A stretch of 64,000 bases of DNA from Naegleria gruberi (lineage: Eukaryota). Positions 45,638-57,194 of the stretch are shown one piece after another. Below the pieces are notes generated by a model. It searched no databases, was not told where the DNA came from, and saw only the letters and a list, made by a program, of their open reading frames with translations. Positions within the stretch are counted from its first letter, which is position 1, and every line of letters starts with the position of its first letter. The stretch lies in the NCBI GenBank assembly GCA_000004985.1, contig GG738851.1. One strand, written 5' to 3'. Made by a program: the position numbers and the translations under genes.

Positions 45638-48600
45638 ATGTCTTCATCCCTAATTGACCAATTAAAGAGTACGTAATTTTGCTTGATTATTTTCATAACA
45701 AGGCTGCTTTGTTTTAACGATTCCTATTAGAAACTTGTTTCGAGTTGAAGAATGTTTGGAAGAATCCAACCATGCTGGCTATCAACCAAGCAGAGCAACA
45801 TGTTAAAGGCTTGGAAGAGATGATCGATCACGCTCCAGAGTTTCAAAAGGCTTCTCCAAGTGAATTACTCAAAACTGTAGGATATGAATTGTGGAATTTG
45901 TGTGTTGAGCAGAGTAAGAAAAAGTTGGGAAATTCAAAATATGAGAGTAGTATGAAATTTCAACTTGTGAGAGGTTTGTTACTTTTGATTATTAATGGGC
46001 TTATTCAATAATATGTTATGATAATGCTATTCGAATATTGAATATGTGTATTATTCGGATGATGATGAAAAGTGAGAAGAGTTGCTTGCTATGTGATTGA
46101 AAAATCAATCAAGCCTTCACTTCAAACATTGAAAACTACTCATGATATGATTAGACTCTACACAAAGACTGCTAGGGATTATATTGTATTGAGTAAATCC
46201 AATGATGTAAATATTAAGAATAGTCAAGTGGATGAGGAAGGAGATGTTCAATTCGTAGATGCTAATAGTCAACAACAAGTGGGAAATACTCAACAGAATG
46301 AGCATGTAGATGATCAGTTTTCCCTTGATTGTTTCAATAGAGCAGCTAATCAAGCAGAATTATTCCTCAAGTTGTTAGGTCAGGAAGGAGATTCGAATGA
46401 TCTTGACAAGTCGACCGAGACTGCCCTCAGTAATATTCTCACTCTGTACGTAGATCGTGCTGAAAGTCACTTTCAAATTGGAGATAGTGCTGCTGCCTAT
46501 TCTAATATTCAAGCAGCCAAGCGTTTGGTAGAGAAGCTTCCTCATGAAATTCAAAGAATTTCAATGATTGAGTACAATTATGCTGTAGATCTCAACTCTA
46601 AGGAGAGGTATGAAGATGCTATCAGATGGCTTAAGGATTCTTTCGAGCTCTATGAGTTGGATGAAAATAAGAACTTGCAAAAACAATCAAGAACCCTTCG
46701 ATTACTCTCCAATGCCTACTTGGAATCTAAAATGTTTGACCAGGGATTGAACTGTGTTCAAATTGCAAATAACATGTTCAAGACACCACAGGGAATATTT
46801 CTAGAGGTGAGATTGTTTGCCAAGTTGAATAGAGAAGAGGAGGTTGAGAGAACTATTCAAGAATTGCTAAGAAATCCAGAGACTCCTCTTAATCTATCTG
46901 TTTCAGCTTTAAAGGATATTGTAGAACAAGGATTGTAAGTATCTACATTTTCACATTTCTCTAATTGCCAACAGTAACAAGGTGGCTTTCAAATGTTACA
47001 AAAAGTTACTGGAAGCTGCCAATGGCTCTGAACAGGAACCAAGAGTATTGGTCCGTTATTTTGACTTTCTTGCCAACCACTGTTCTGGAGATTTGAATCA
47101 AGATGACATGTTGAAAATTATAGACCGTATGATACATTTATCACAATCTTCATCTTCCAATATTACAATTATTAAGGAAAGTTTGAAAGAGTTAGAATGT
47201 ATATTGTGGAATATTGCATGGAAGCACTACCAAAAGAAGGAGTATCCTCAAGCCATTGTATTCTATAACCATTCTTTGAAAATACTTCCTATGGATGAGA
47301 TGATTGACAGGGCTAAGGTACTGCGGTCCATTGCCAGGTGCTACCTGGACGATAAACAGCTAACAGAAGCCTGTAAAGCTGCAGAGAATGCAGAACAATT
47401 GGATCCAAAATCTCTTCACAGTCACTATCTCATGTATCAAATTAGTATCAAGGAGAATAATATTTCCCATGCCAAAAACTATCTGAAGAAGATGATGCAC
47501 GATGAAGAGTTCAAAAACTCCTTCCTTGCCATCTCTGCTCATGATGCCTATAAGGAAAATATCTATGATGTTGCAATAGTAGCCCTCGAGGCCTTGATGG
47601 AAGAGGAGCAATCTTCAAATACAATGTCCCTTGAGATTAGTCAGATATTAAGAACATTGACCTATTTGAGTACCTTGATCAAAGACAAACAAAAAGTGTT
47701 AAAGTATCTCCAATTGACCAAGGACTTTCTCAACAAGGAGAATGTGAGTTTCTTTCGTGAGGAAGATATGGAAGCAGAGATTGAATGGTTCCACAGAGTA
47801 GCATGGAATCATGGTGGTGAAAGTGTCAATGAGGCAGACTATGAATCATCCTTCCAGTTCTACTCACTTGCCTCAGTATTCTACAATTACAGAACAGCCA
47901 ACTTGGAAACCTTCTCCACTCAAAAGTATTGCTACCTCATGAAAATTCACTGTGTCATTGAGGAGGTAAAGAGCTCTGAAGAATATGTCAATGGTGAGGA
48001 GCTTAGTTTGAAGAATAGGGAAAAGTTGCAATTGATGCTTGATGAAATCCAGAATTGCAAAAAGTTGTTAAGTAAGATTAGTGAGAAGGAATCTGGTGGA
48101 TTGGAAAAGAAACCTGACAAGGTCTACACCTTGCTATATTTGGCTGAGCTTCAAATTCTGGTCATGTTAAAGTGTGACGAAGTTTTGATTATGGATGTTG
48201 TTAGTGTAAGTACCATCTCCTTTTGTGTGATTATTCTGATTGAAAATAGTCAACTTCAAAATTGGATGGTATTATCGGTCCAAATATTTTCGAAGCTATG
48301 TCCTCAATTTGTCTAAGCAATGAAAAGCAAGTCTATTATCAATCTGCCAAGCATAGTTTGCAAACTGCCTTGAGAAAGGCAATGCACAACTCCTCACCTA
48401 ATTATAACAAAGTTGGTAAGTAGCAATATTATAGAAAAATGAATTCAAACTTATTTCTGCTCTAGTCCACTTATTCACTAGTCTAATCCAAATATGCAGA
48501 ACAAGAGAGGAGAGTATGTCCTTTTTCGAAGAATTGTTCAAGCTATTGAATCAAATCAAGCCAAATGATCACTTTTTGAAAAGCGAACAAAAGCACTTTG

Positions 48601-48853
48601 TTTGGCTGTGTACCGAGTCGTGGAATAATGGTGTCTATTATTACAAGTAAGTACTACTTGGTTTCTGAATTATATTAAATATTAATATGAAAAACAAAGG
48701 TTATTGAAAAATGATAAATCTCAAGATTGGATGAAAATGTCAGTCAAACTCTGTTGTTATCTCGACTCTCAAGAAGAACTCTCAAAGACTATTACTGAAA
48801 GATATGGTTTAGCATTTGATAACTTTCAAACATCTTCATTTAGAAGAAATTAA
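45638..48853 (+). CDS. TPR-like helical-repeat protein, ~955 aa, with weak resemblance to the SPO22/ZIP4/TEX11 family. Seven exons: 45638..45668, 45731..45973, 46073..46934, 46975..48205, 48250..48415, 48466..48646, 48700..48853.
   Basis: Three ORF-track ORFs plus downstream open exons are linked by GT-AG introns: GTACGT 45669, GTTTGT 45974, GTAAGT 46935, GTAAGT 48206, GTAAGT 48416, GTAAGT 48647. All phases are consistent. Helical repeats, e.g. KESLKELECILWNIAWKHYQKKEYPQAIVFYNHSLKILPMDEMIDRAKVLRSIARCYLDDKQLTEACKAAENAEQLDP. Exon 1 and the exon-2 donor (GTTTGT) are the least certain. Confidence 0.5.
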
Positions 48854-48885
48854 CAAACTGTAAATATTGAAGAGTGGGCTATATT

Positions 48886-49682
48886 TTAAACATTGGTAGC
48901 AATCAAATCTTGATGTCTAGTAGAGAATAATAAATGATATTCTGAATCCTCTTTGAGTTTTTGTTCACGACGTACCTTTGAAAGTCGCCAAATAATGAAT
49001 GCATCTGGAATGATTCCAACAAACACTCCAACCAATCCAAAGTAAGCAAAACTCAAACCAACATTAGATCCATGCAATCCAAATAAAATACACAAATAAA
49101 TATGTACAATTAAAGCAAAGAAACTCCAAGTAAGATAGTGTGAGAATTTCTGATTCTTCTTTGCCTTTCTTCTGATCATAAATATGAAGAATAAATAAAC
49201 CTGATGATGATGATTATATTCCGAATTTTTCCATTAATTATTGTTGTTTGTGTTGATCAAAATAAAATCCATCATATTGCAGTGATGATCAATTCATGGA
49301 ATGTAATTATTATTGTTTAATATAAATAAATAATTGTTGTTGTAGTACATACAATAGCAAGAGGTATTAAAATCAACAAATATAATAATTGTGTAACAAA
49401 GGCATCACTACTCTGCGATGCACAATAAGTCTCTGTATACAATGGCGAACACAACAACTCTGTCATTGACTTCATATGAGAACCGGTCCACAAGCACCAA
49501 ATAAAAACCATCACTGAATCCAAAACAAATCGGAGTATGTAATAATTTGATCCTCCACTTTGTGGTGTTTCCAACCACAACTTTTTAAAGATGCTCGACT
49601 TTTTGTTCATTGTATTATTGGTAGTCGACAGAGAGTTGAAATTTTCCAAGTCGACAGAGTTTCTTTGACTATTTTCTGCCAT
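48886..49682 (-). CDS. Small 4-TM membrane protein (~214 aa), unknown family. Two exons: 49353..49682 and 48886..49200.
   Basis: Minus ORFs 49317..49682 and 48886..49179 are joined by a 152-nt intron (GTATGT at plus 49352..49347; CAG acceptor at plus 49203..49201; phase 0): ...LLILIPLAI|VYLFFIFMIRRKAKKNQKF.... Confidence 0.55.
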
Positions 49683-50115
49683 TTTTGTTGTTGCAATTTT
49701 TTTTAAAATTAATTTTTTAATTTTATTATTGCAAATTGGAAGCCAAGTCGAATCTTACTGCTTTCCTCCAGCTAAATTGAGGAGAAGCAACAACCATCAC
49801 TCTTCCATATACTTCAACCTTATTTTCGAACACAAAATACTAAAAAAAATTAACTCATGAACAACTGTTTGGAACCAGGTGCTTAGAGGAATATTTTAAA
49901 AAGTGAAACTGTGGAGGAAAGAGTGAATTAGCAGTTTTAATTTGGGTTGCATGCAAAGGAATGGAGTGGATTATTTGGGAAGTTTTGAGGAGATAATCAT
50001 CCGCAAACTCCTGTGGTGTCAAGAATCAGATCAATTTTTGAAATGAGAAAAGTATTTCTTCGGAACTTTAAAAAAAATAAGAAGAAACTATTTTCGTATT
50101 GTGGGAAGAATCAGC

Positions 50116-51849
50116 ATGATTTTCTCATCGTCATTACTGCAAGGAAAAATCTTGATTTTTTCATTGATTTTCATAATACAATTATTCGAAAGTGTTTCTT
50201 TTGTATTCGGCAAGGTTTCGGATAACATTGAAATTATTGATGATGGATATACAAGTTTGTATCCACCTGTGGATTTATCTAGTGATATAATTTCGTTTAT
50301 ATGTGCAATACTGTCAGCTGCCATGTCCATTCTAGTCTTTGTCATGATTTTAAAAAAACATTCCTCGATCTTTGGTTATTGGAAACGAGCCGAAAGTGAG
50401 AAATTAGATAAGAAAGAAAGAGAAAGACAAGTAATTGCCAAGGAAAAGAGACATCTCATGAGAAGAGTCTTACTTTCTCTCTTAGTTTCGGATATAGTTT
50501 GTTCCTTTAGTAGAATTTCGTATATTTTGTTTTGGTGGTTGTGTACATTAATTACTCCAGAAACAATGTATTTGAAATCACTAATCCCAATCAATGCAAA
50601 TCAAACAACTTCAATATTCCATGATTCGTTTGACCTTTCCAATATCTATTCGAATCTACAAAATTCCACAACTCTCAAATATAAGGCCAATTACAATCTG
50701 AAACCAGTTCCACTCACCATCCAAAAATTCCTTGCAGATCTCTACTATTCCTTCTCAATTTCAACAGCTGCCTGGTGTGTAATCATTGCCTACGTTGTCT
50801 ATTCGATTACAAGTCATTCGAAATGGATTGAGGAAGATTTTAATTTGATTCGTGAACAGTTACAAACAGATTCTCATACCATTACACGAAATACAGCTCA
50901 ATTATTTTATGGAAATAATGCGAGTGCTGACAGTGATGAAGAAATTGTTCCAAAATTTAAGCCAATTGGAGATTTGATGGAAAGTAGTGGAAATTCAGAA
51001 ATTGATTCATTTTCGTTTAATACAATGCCAAATCATGATGGAAATATTGAAAATCAATCGTTAATTTATGAAATTCCAATCAAGAGCTCGAAAAGTGCTG
51101 ATGAAATTTTGTACTTTTCTGCCAAGAGAAGAATTCTTTCGAGGAGAAATGTTTATGAATTAATGTTTCATTTGATTGCTTGGGGATTTTCGATATTTAC
51201 ATTCCTTTTTGTGTTTATTTTCAGGACTATTAATATTCATGCCAAAGATTTGGTTAGTGACAAGTTTGAAAATTGGTTCTTGTTCTCGGTTTATATTTCA
51301 TGGGCTCTTTACTTTTCTGCAATGGTTTTTGTCAATATTTTGATATTATTCTTGATTTGGAATTATTTGAGAAGATTTTACAGAACTGAGCACATTATGA
51401 CATTACCAAAGAAGGAAACCAAGAAACAGCAACGTTCCATGTTGGTCAACCTATCACTCTTAATGCTTCCTTATGCATTTTGTGGATTATTTGAGTTGTC
51501 TTTCTGGTATTATAATGCAATTCAAATTGCAACTGAAGAAGAGGAAGCATACTATTACACTGTAATATTTTACAATTTCTTCTTTAATGTAATAGTGCCG
51601 TTGAAGGGATTTTTCATTGCACTCATCTTATTATTGAGCTCGACTGCCATTAGAAAGAAGGTCAAATCAATTGTGTTATGTCAATTGTGTTTCAGAGCTT
51701 CTACGAGTACCTCTCAATCCAAGAGATTTAACACAACATTTATTGAAAGCTTGTTAATTCCAGAAGACACCCCAGCGGATGAAACAAATCACTTGGAAGA
51801 TGTTAATAATAATCCTTCTTCTGGAATATTGGAAATTGAACAAGATTAG
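50116..51849 (+). CDS. Seven-transmembrane receptor-like protein with an N-terminal signal peptide and a long loop between TM3 and TM4
   Basis: ORF track 50101..51849 (GTG); ATG at 50116 (MIFSSSLLQGKILIFSLIFIIQLFESVSFVFG is a signal peptide). Seven hydrophobic helices, e.g. IISFICAILSAAMSILVFVMIL, VLLSLLVSDIVCSFSRISYILFWW, YYSFSISTAAWCVIIAYVVYSIT, LMFHLIAWGFSIFTFLFVFIF, FLFSVYISWALYFSAMVFVNILILFLIW, LVNLSLLMLPYAFCGLFELSFWYY, YTVIFYNFFFNVIVPLKGFFIALILLL. Confidence 0.55.
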   Translation: MIFSSSLLQGKILIFSLIFIIQLFESVSFVFGKVSDNIEIIDDGYTSLYPPVDLSSDIISFICAILSAAMSILVFVMILKKHSSIFGYWKRAESEKLDKKERERQVIAKEKRHLMRRVLLSLLVSDIVCSFSRISYILFWWLCTLITPETMYLKSLIPINANQTTSIFHDSFDLSNIYSNLQNSTTLKYKANYNLKPVPLTIQKFLADLYYSFSISTAAWCVIIAYVVYSITSHSKWIEEDFNLIREQLQTDSHTITRNTAQLFYGNNASADSDEEIVPKFKPIGDLMESSGNSEIDSFSFNTMPNHDGNIENQSLIYEIPIKSSKSADEILYFSAKRRILSRRNVYELMFHLIAWGFSIFTFLFVFIFRTINIHAKDLVSDKFENWFLFSVYISWALYFSAMVFVNILILFLIWNYLRRFYRTEHIMTLPKKETKKQQRSMLVNLSLLMLPYAFCGLFELSFWYYNAIQIATEEEEAYYYTVIFYNFFFNVIVPLKGFFIALILLLSSTAIRKKVKSIVLCQLCFRASTSTSQSKRFNTTFIESLLIPEDTPADETNHLEDVNNNPSSGILEIEQD

Positions 51850-52008
51850 AATTCAACTATGAGATTTGAATATCATTTTTGAACATTAATTTCTTAGAAT
51901 AGTATTATTGGAATATATTTTTAGAAAATTGGCCATTTCACGACTCTTTATTTACAAAATTGTTACAAAATTGAGCCAATTCTCATCAAGAGATTCACAT
52001 CATCAAAA

Positions 52009-53188
52009 TTATTCCTTCTTCTTATGTTCCTTCTTCTTTTCTGGAACATACTTGTCAATCTTAATTGGAGAACAAACGGTTGTCTTCTTATCACAAACAG
52101 TTCTTTCACCATACTTGACACATTTCTTGGTACCACCAACAAATTGATACTTGGCACAGACCTTATAACCTGGTGACTTTTTAACACACTTCTTCCAGTG
52201 CTTCTTCTTAATACATCTACTCTTTACGTGCTTATATTGAGTACAATAGTTGACTGCCTTATATTCAGCACAGAATTTACGTTCCTTATACTTTTCACAA
52301 ACTCTGACCTTCTTTCTAGCATCACAGAATTGATTTGGAACCCATTGAGTACAGAAACGAGCCTTCTTTTGAGCAGCACAGAACTTTCTATCAATGAATT
52401 TAACACACTTTTTAGTGTAACCCTTCTTGAGACTGAATTTGACCTTATTGTATCTGATACACTTCTTGGTCTTGGTATATTTGGCACAAATCTTGTGACA
52501 TTTTTGTTTACAGAAAGCATGATAATAAGTATCAGTCCATCCCTTGTAATGTTTTCCTGCAACTTTCTTCCATCCCTTTTGACATTTACAGACTTGCTTG
52601 TAAGCGGCACAGTAAGCATCGAGTTTATATTCAGCACATCTCTTCTTGTAATGATAGCCAACCTTTGGAACCTTGATATACTTGGCACAGACATGTGACT
52701 TGTCATATTTGGTACAGACAAAGTTATAGGCATATTGTTTACAGGAATTATTCTTTCCCTTATGAATACAAGCATCTTTCCAAGCACTCTTAACACAATA
52801 CTTTTCAGTTTTATGTTTAGCACAAACTTGCTTATAACCTTTGAAAAATGTTACAAAAATTTTGTAAAATTTCAAACTCTAACTTACCATGACCCAAACA
52901 CAACTTTCTATCCTTGGAATATTTATCACACTTGCTGAATTTCTTATATTTCAAACATTTTCCTTTACCAACCAACTTCCAATCACAACATTCCTTCTTG
53001 GTACCAACCCATTCATAATCAGAACACTTTCCCTTGACAGTCTTGTAGTGAGTACACTTTTGGAAGCAATACTTTTGATGATCAGCATAACTGTCAACTT
53101 GTTGAGGTTTGGATTCACCTGCAGTGACTGCTGCAATGAGCATGAAGAGCAATGCGCTTGCAATTAGAACAGATTTGAAACTATTCAT
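52009..53188 (-). CDS. Secreted Cys/Lys/Tyr-rich repeat protein (~376 aa, signal peptide MNSFKSVLIASALLFMLIAAVTAGES). Two exons: 52888..53188 and 52009..52838.
   Basis: Minus ORFs 52832..53242 and 52009..52875 are joined by a 49-nt intron (GTAAGT at plus 52887..52882; CAAAG acceptor at plus 52840..52839; phase 1): ...KDRKLCLGH|G|YKQVCAKHKTEKYC.... About 45 Cys in degenerate repeats such as KKCVKFIDRKFCAAQKKARFCTQWVPNQFCDARKKVRVCEKYKERKFCAEYKAVNYCTQYKHVKSRC. Codon use is heavily AAG/TTC/TAC/TGT (high-expression type). The overlapping ORFs 52198..52698(+) and 52224..52823(-) are frame artefacts of this gene. Confidence 0.7.
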
Positions 53189-53330
53189 TTTTTTTCTTAT
53201 TGTTTCTTCATAATGGGAATTGGTTTGAGATTTAAATATCACTCTTGCAACTTTCCTTAAATAAAGTTTGTTCCATAAATGGAAAGAAAAGAAACAAATA
53301 TTTAAAAATGTTACAAAATAAATTCAGTAT

Positions 53331-53871
53331 TTATTCATTAGATGAGGAGAACCTATTTAAGGCCTTCTCAAAATGATCTGCGCTGAGGGTTCTATCCTCC
53401 AATTGAACTGCACAAATAGTAAACCTTTCCATTGGTTCTTGACTTTGTAAAGTTTCTTTCACTACGAAAAATTTACCATCATTACTGCTTTCGTCAAGGT
53501 AATAGTAGTGATTCTTGAAAATAGACAAGTGAATCATGTCTAGAACATGAGGACATTCCTCTGTATCGAATTGTACAAGCTTGTCATAAATCAATTGAGC
53601 ATTTTCCAAAGTGTCACAGCAAAAGAAAAATGCATCTGTTGCGCATTGACTTGGTGCAAAAGTACAAAGCTTTTCCAATAGTTGACTATCATCCTTGGTC
53701 AAATATTTAGCCATTTCATTGTAAAGTACATTGAGTAATTCATGTTCTGCCACTTCAATCATTCTGTGAGTTGAAAATCCAAAATTCAATTTTCCAAAAA
53801 CAGGATGCCTAACAGTATAGTGAAATTGATGTAACAAGTCGTAGGTGGTTTCTTTAAGAAGATAATCTCTC
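53331..53871 (-). CDS. C-terminal fragment (~180 aa) of a hypothetical protein whose N-terminus is lost in the assembly gap
   Basis: The minus ORF in the track (53331..56690) is real only from 53871 down to the stop at 53331; the rest is translated N's. ...RDYLLKETTYDLLHQFHYTVRHPVFGKLNFGFSTHRMIEVAEHELLNVLYNEMAKYL...; no domain recognised. Confidence 0.4.
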
Positions 53872-56357
53872 NNNNNNNNNNNNNNNNNNNNNNNNNNNNN
53901 NNNNNNNNNNNNNNNNNNNNNNNNNNNNNNNNNNNNNNNNNNNNNNNNNNNNNNNNNNNNNNNNNNNNNNNNNNNNNNNNNNNNNNNNNNNNNNNNNNNN
54001 NNNNNNNNNNNNNNNNNNNNNNNNNNNNNNNNNNNNNNNNNNNNNNNNNNNNNNNNNNNNNNNNNNNNNNNNNNNNNNNNNNNNNNNNNNNNNNNNNNNN
54101 NNNNNNNNNNNNNNNNNNNNNNNNNNNNNNNNNNNNNNNNNNNNNNNNNNNNNNNNNNNNNNNNNNNNNNNNNNNNNNNNNNNNNNNNNNNNNNNNNNNN
54201 NNNNNNNNNNNNNNNNNNNNNNNNNNNNNNNNNNNNNNNNNNNNNNNNNNNNNNNNNNNNNNNNNNNNNNNNNNNNNNNNNNNNNNNNNNNNNNNNNNNN
54301 NNNNNNNNNNNNNNNNNNNNNNNNNNNNNNNNNNNNNNNNNNNNNNNNNNNNNNNNNNNNNNNNNNNNNNNNNNNNNNNNNNNNNNNNNNNNNNNNNNNN
54401 NNNNNNNNNNNNNNNNNNNNNNNNNNNNNNNNNNNNNNNNNNNNNNNNNNNNNNNNNNNNNNNNNNNNNNNNNNNNNNNNNNNNNNNNNNNNNNNNNNNN
54501 NNNNNNNNNNNNNNNNNNNNNNNNNNNNNNNNNNNNNNNNNNNNNNNNNNNNNNNNNNNNNNNNNNNNNNNNNNNNNNNNNNNNNNNNNNNNNNNNNNNN
54601 NNNNNNNNNNNNNNNNNNNNNNNNNNNNNNNNNNNNNNNNNNNNNNNNNNNNNNNNNNNNNNNNNNNNNNNNNNNNNNNNNNNNNNNNNNNNNNNNNNNN
54701 NNNNNNNNNNNNNNNNNNNNNNNNNNNNNNNNNNNNNNNNNNNNNNNNNNNNNNNNNNNNNNNNNNNNNNNNNNNNNNNNNNNNNNNNNNNNNNNNNNNN
54801 NNNNNNNNNNNNNNNNNNNNNNNNNNNNNNNNNNNNNNNNNNNNNNNNNNNNNNNNNNNNNNNNNNNNNNNNNNNNNNNNNNNNNNNNNNNNNNNNNNNN
54901 NNNNNNNNNNNNNNNNNNNNNNNNNNNNNNNNNNNNNNNNNNNNNNNNNNNNNNNNNNNNNNNNNNNNNNNNNNNNNNNNNNNNNNNNNNNNNNNNNNNN
55001 NNNNNNNNNNNNNNNNNNNNNNNNNNNNNNNNNNNNNNNNNNNNNNNNNNNNNNNNNNNNNNNNNNNNNNNNNNNNNNNNNNNNNNNNNNNNNNNNNNNN
55101 NNNNNNNNNNNNNNNNNNNNNNNNNNNNNNNNNNNNNNNNNNNNNNNNNNNNNNNNNNNNNNNNNNNNNNNNNNNNNNNNNNNNNNNNNNNNNNNNNNNN
55201 NNNNNNNNNNNNNNNNNNNNNNNNNNNNNNNNNNNNNNNNNNNNNNNNNNNNNNNNNNNNNNNNNNNNNNNNNNNNNNNNNNNNNNNNNNNNNNNNNNNN
55301 NNNNNNNNNNNNNNNNNNNNNNNNNNNNNNNNNNNNNNNNNNNNNNNNNNNNNNNNNNNNNNNNNNNNNNNNNNNNNNNNNNNNNNNNNNNNNNNNNNNN
55401 NNNNNNNNNNNNNNNNNNNNNNNNNNNNNNNNNNNNNNNNNNNNNNNNNNNNNNNNNNNNNNNNNNNNNNNNNNNNNNNNNNNNNNNNNNNNNNNNNNNN
55501 NNNNNNNNNNNNNNNNNNNNNNNNNNNNNNNNNNNNNNNNNNNNNNNNNNNNNNNNNNNNNNNNNNNNNNNNNNNNNNNNNNNNNNNNNNNNNNNNNNNN
55601 NNNNNNNNNNNNNNNNNNNNNNNNNNNNNNNNNNNNNNNNNNNNNNNNNNNNNNNNNNNNNNNNNNNNNNNNNNNNNNNNNNNNNNNNNNNNNNNNNNNN
55701 NNNNNNNNNNNNNNNNNNNNNNNNNNNNNNNNNNNNNNNNNNNNNNNNNNNNNNNNNNNNNNNNNNNNNNNNNNNNNNNNNNNNNNNNNNNNNNNNNNNN
55801 NNNNNNNNNNNNNNNNNNNNNNNNNNNNNNNNNNNNNNNNNNNNNNNNNNNNNNNNNNNNNNNNNNNNNNNNNNNNNNNNNNNNNNNNNNNNNNNNNNNN
55901 NNNNNNNNNNNNNNNNNNNNNNNNNNNNNNNNNNNNNNNNNNNNNNNNNNNNNNNNNNNNNNNNNNNNNNNNNNNNNNNNNNNNNNNNNNNNNNNNNNNN
56001 NNNNNNNNNNNNNNNNNNNNNNNNNNNNNNNNNNNNNNNNNNNNNNNNNNNNNNNNNNNNNNNNNNNNNNNNNNNNNNNNNNNNNNNNNNNNNNNNNNNN
56101 NNNNNNNNNNNNNNNNNNNNNNNNNNNNNNNNNNNNNNNNNNNNNNNNNNNNNNNNNNNNNNNNNNNNNNNNNNNNNNNNNNNNNNNNNNNNNNNNNNNN
56201 NNNNNNNNNNNNNNNNNNNNNNNNNNNNNNNNNNNNNNNNNNNNNNNNNNNNNNNNNNNNNNNNNNNNNNNNNNNNNNNNNNNNNNNNNNNNNNNNNNNN
56301 NNNNNNNNNNNNNNNNNNNNNNNNNNNNNNNNNNNNNNNNNNNNNNNNNNNNNNNNN
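53872..56357. other. Assembly gap: 2486 consecutive N
   Basis: Run of n characters from 53872 to 56357; the ORFs reported across it (for example 53786..56401) are artefacts. Confidence 1.
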
Positions 56358-57194
56358 ATTATTGAGGAAGCTGTCAAGTGCCATACACAATATGATGACA
56401 CAGAAAATACTACCCTCTACAATTATAATGCTATTTACAGCCATTGGGAACAGGTTTGTAAAAGACCTTGTAGAACATTTGACAGTGTCTATCTCAACGA
56501 GAAAGTCAAGTCTCTTTTCCTTCAAGACTTGGAAAGATTTCTCTCCAACAAGAAGTTTTATATGGAAAATCAATTGAGCTACAAGAGAGGATATTGTCTT
56601 TATGGAAAACCAGGTTCTGGTAAGACATCTTTGGTTCTGGCTACAGCTGCACACATCAAGTGTCCAGTTTATATTTTGAATCTCAATCAATCAGAAATGA
56701 ACGATACAGCATTAATAGATGCCTTTTCTTCAATACCCTCTCGAAGTATCATTACTTTGGAAGATGTAGATTCTGCATTTAATGAAAATAGAAAAGCAAC
56801 AGGAGAAGTACGTAATGGACTTTCATTTTCAGGACTTCTCAATGCCTTGGATGGTGTTTGTTCTTATTCTGAAACTCCAAAGCTTGTTTTCATGACTACT
56901 AATCACATTGAACGATTAGATGCTGCCCTAATTCGTCCTGGAAGAGTTGACTATAAGGTAAAATTTGACAATGCCACACCAGATCAAATTCAACAAATCT
57001 CTTTCAAGTTTTTCAAAAATCAAGAATTGGCTCAATCTCTCAGTAAGGAGGTGGATTTACAAAAGCTCACCATTTCTGAAATTCAAACTTTCCTAATGAG
57101 ATTTATCAATACAGAGACTCATTCAACAATTCTTAAACAAGTGTCAAGCTATGTTTTGGAAATTGAATCCCTCAAAAAGGAGCAAAATGGTTGA
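56358..57194 (+). CDS. BCS1-like AAA+ ATPase, 3' fragment (mitochondrial chaperone BCS1 family); 5' end lost in the gap
   Basis: The frame is open from the first base after the gap. ...FLSNKKFYMENQLSYKRGYCLYGKPGSGKTSLVLATAAHIKCPVYILNL (Walker A)...ITLEDVDSAF (Walker B)...SGLLNALDGV...LVFMTTNHIERLDAALIRPGRVDYKVKF, typical of the BCS1 AAA domain. Stop at 57192-94. Confidence 0.8.
   Translation: MIEEAVKCHTQYDDTENTTLYNYNAIYSHWEQVCKRPCRTFDSVYLNEKVKSLFLQDLERFLSNKKFYMENQLSYKRGYCLYGKPGSGKTSLVLATAAHIKCPVYILNLNQSEMNDTALIDAFSSIPSRSIITLEDVDSAFNENRKATGEVRNGLSFSGLLNALDGVCSYSETPKLVFMTTNHIERLDAALIRPGRVDYKVKFDNATPDQIQQISFKFFKNQELAQSLSKEVDLQKLTISEIQTFLMRFINTETHSTILKQVSSYVLEIESLKKEQNG

Noticed and set aside
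52198-52823. ORFs 52198..52698(+) and 52224..52823(-) inside the Cys/Lys-rich gene
   Set aside because: Alternative-frame and antisense artefacts of a repetitive, codon-biased coding region. Only the frame continuous with the signal-peptide exon and the GTAAGT intron makes a coherent protein.
53331-56690. Very long minus-strand ORFs (53331..56690 and 53786..56401) in the ORF track
   Set aside because: They consist almost entirely of translated N (X residues) across the assembly gap 53872..56357. Only 53331..53871 is real sequence.
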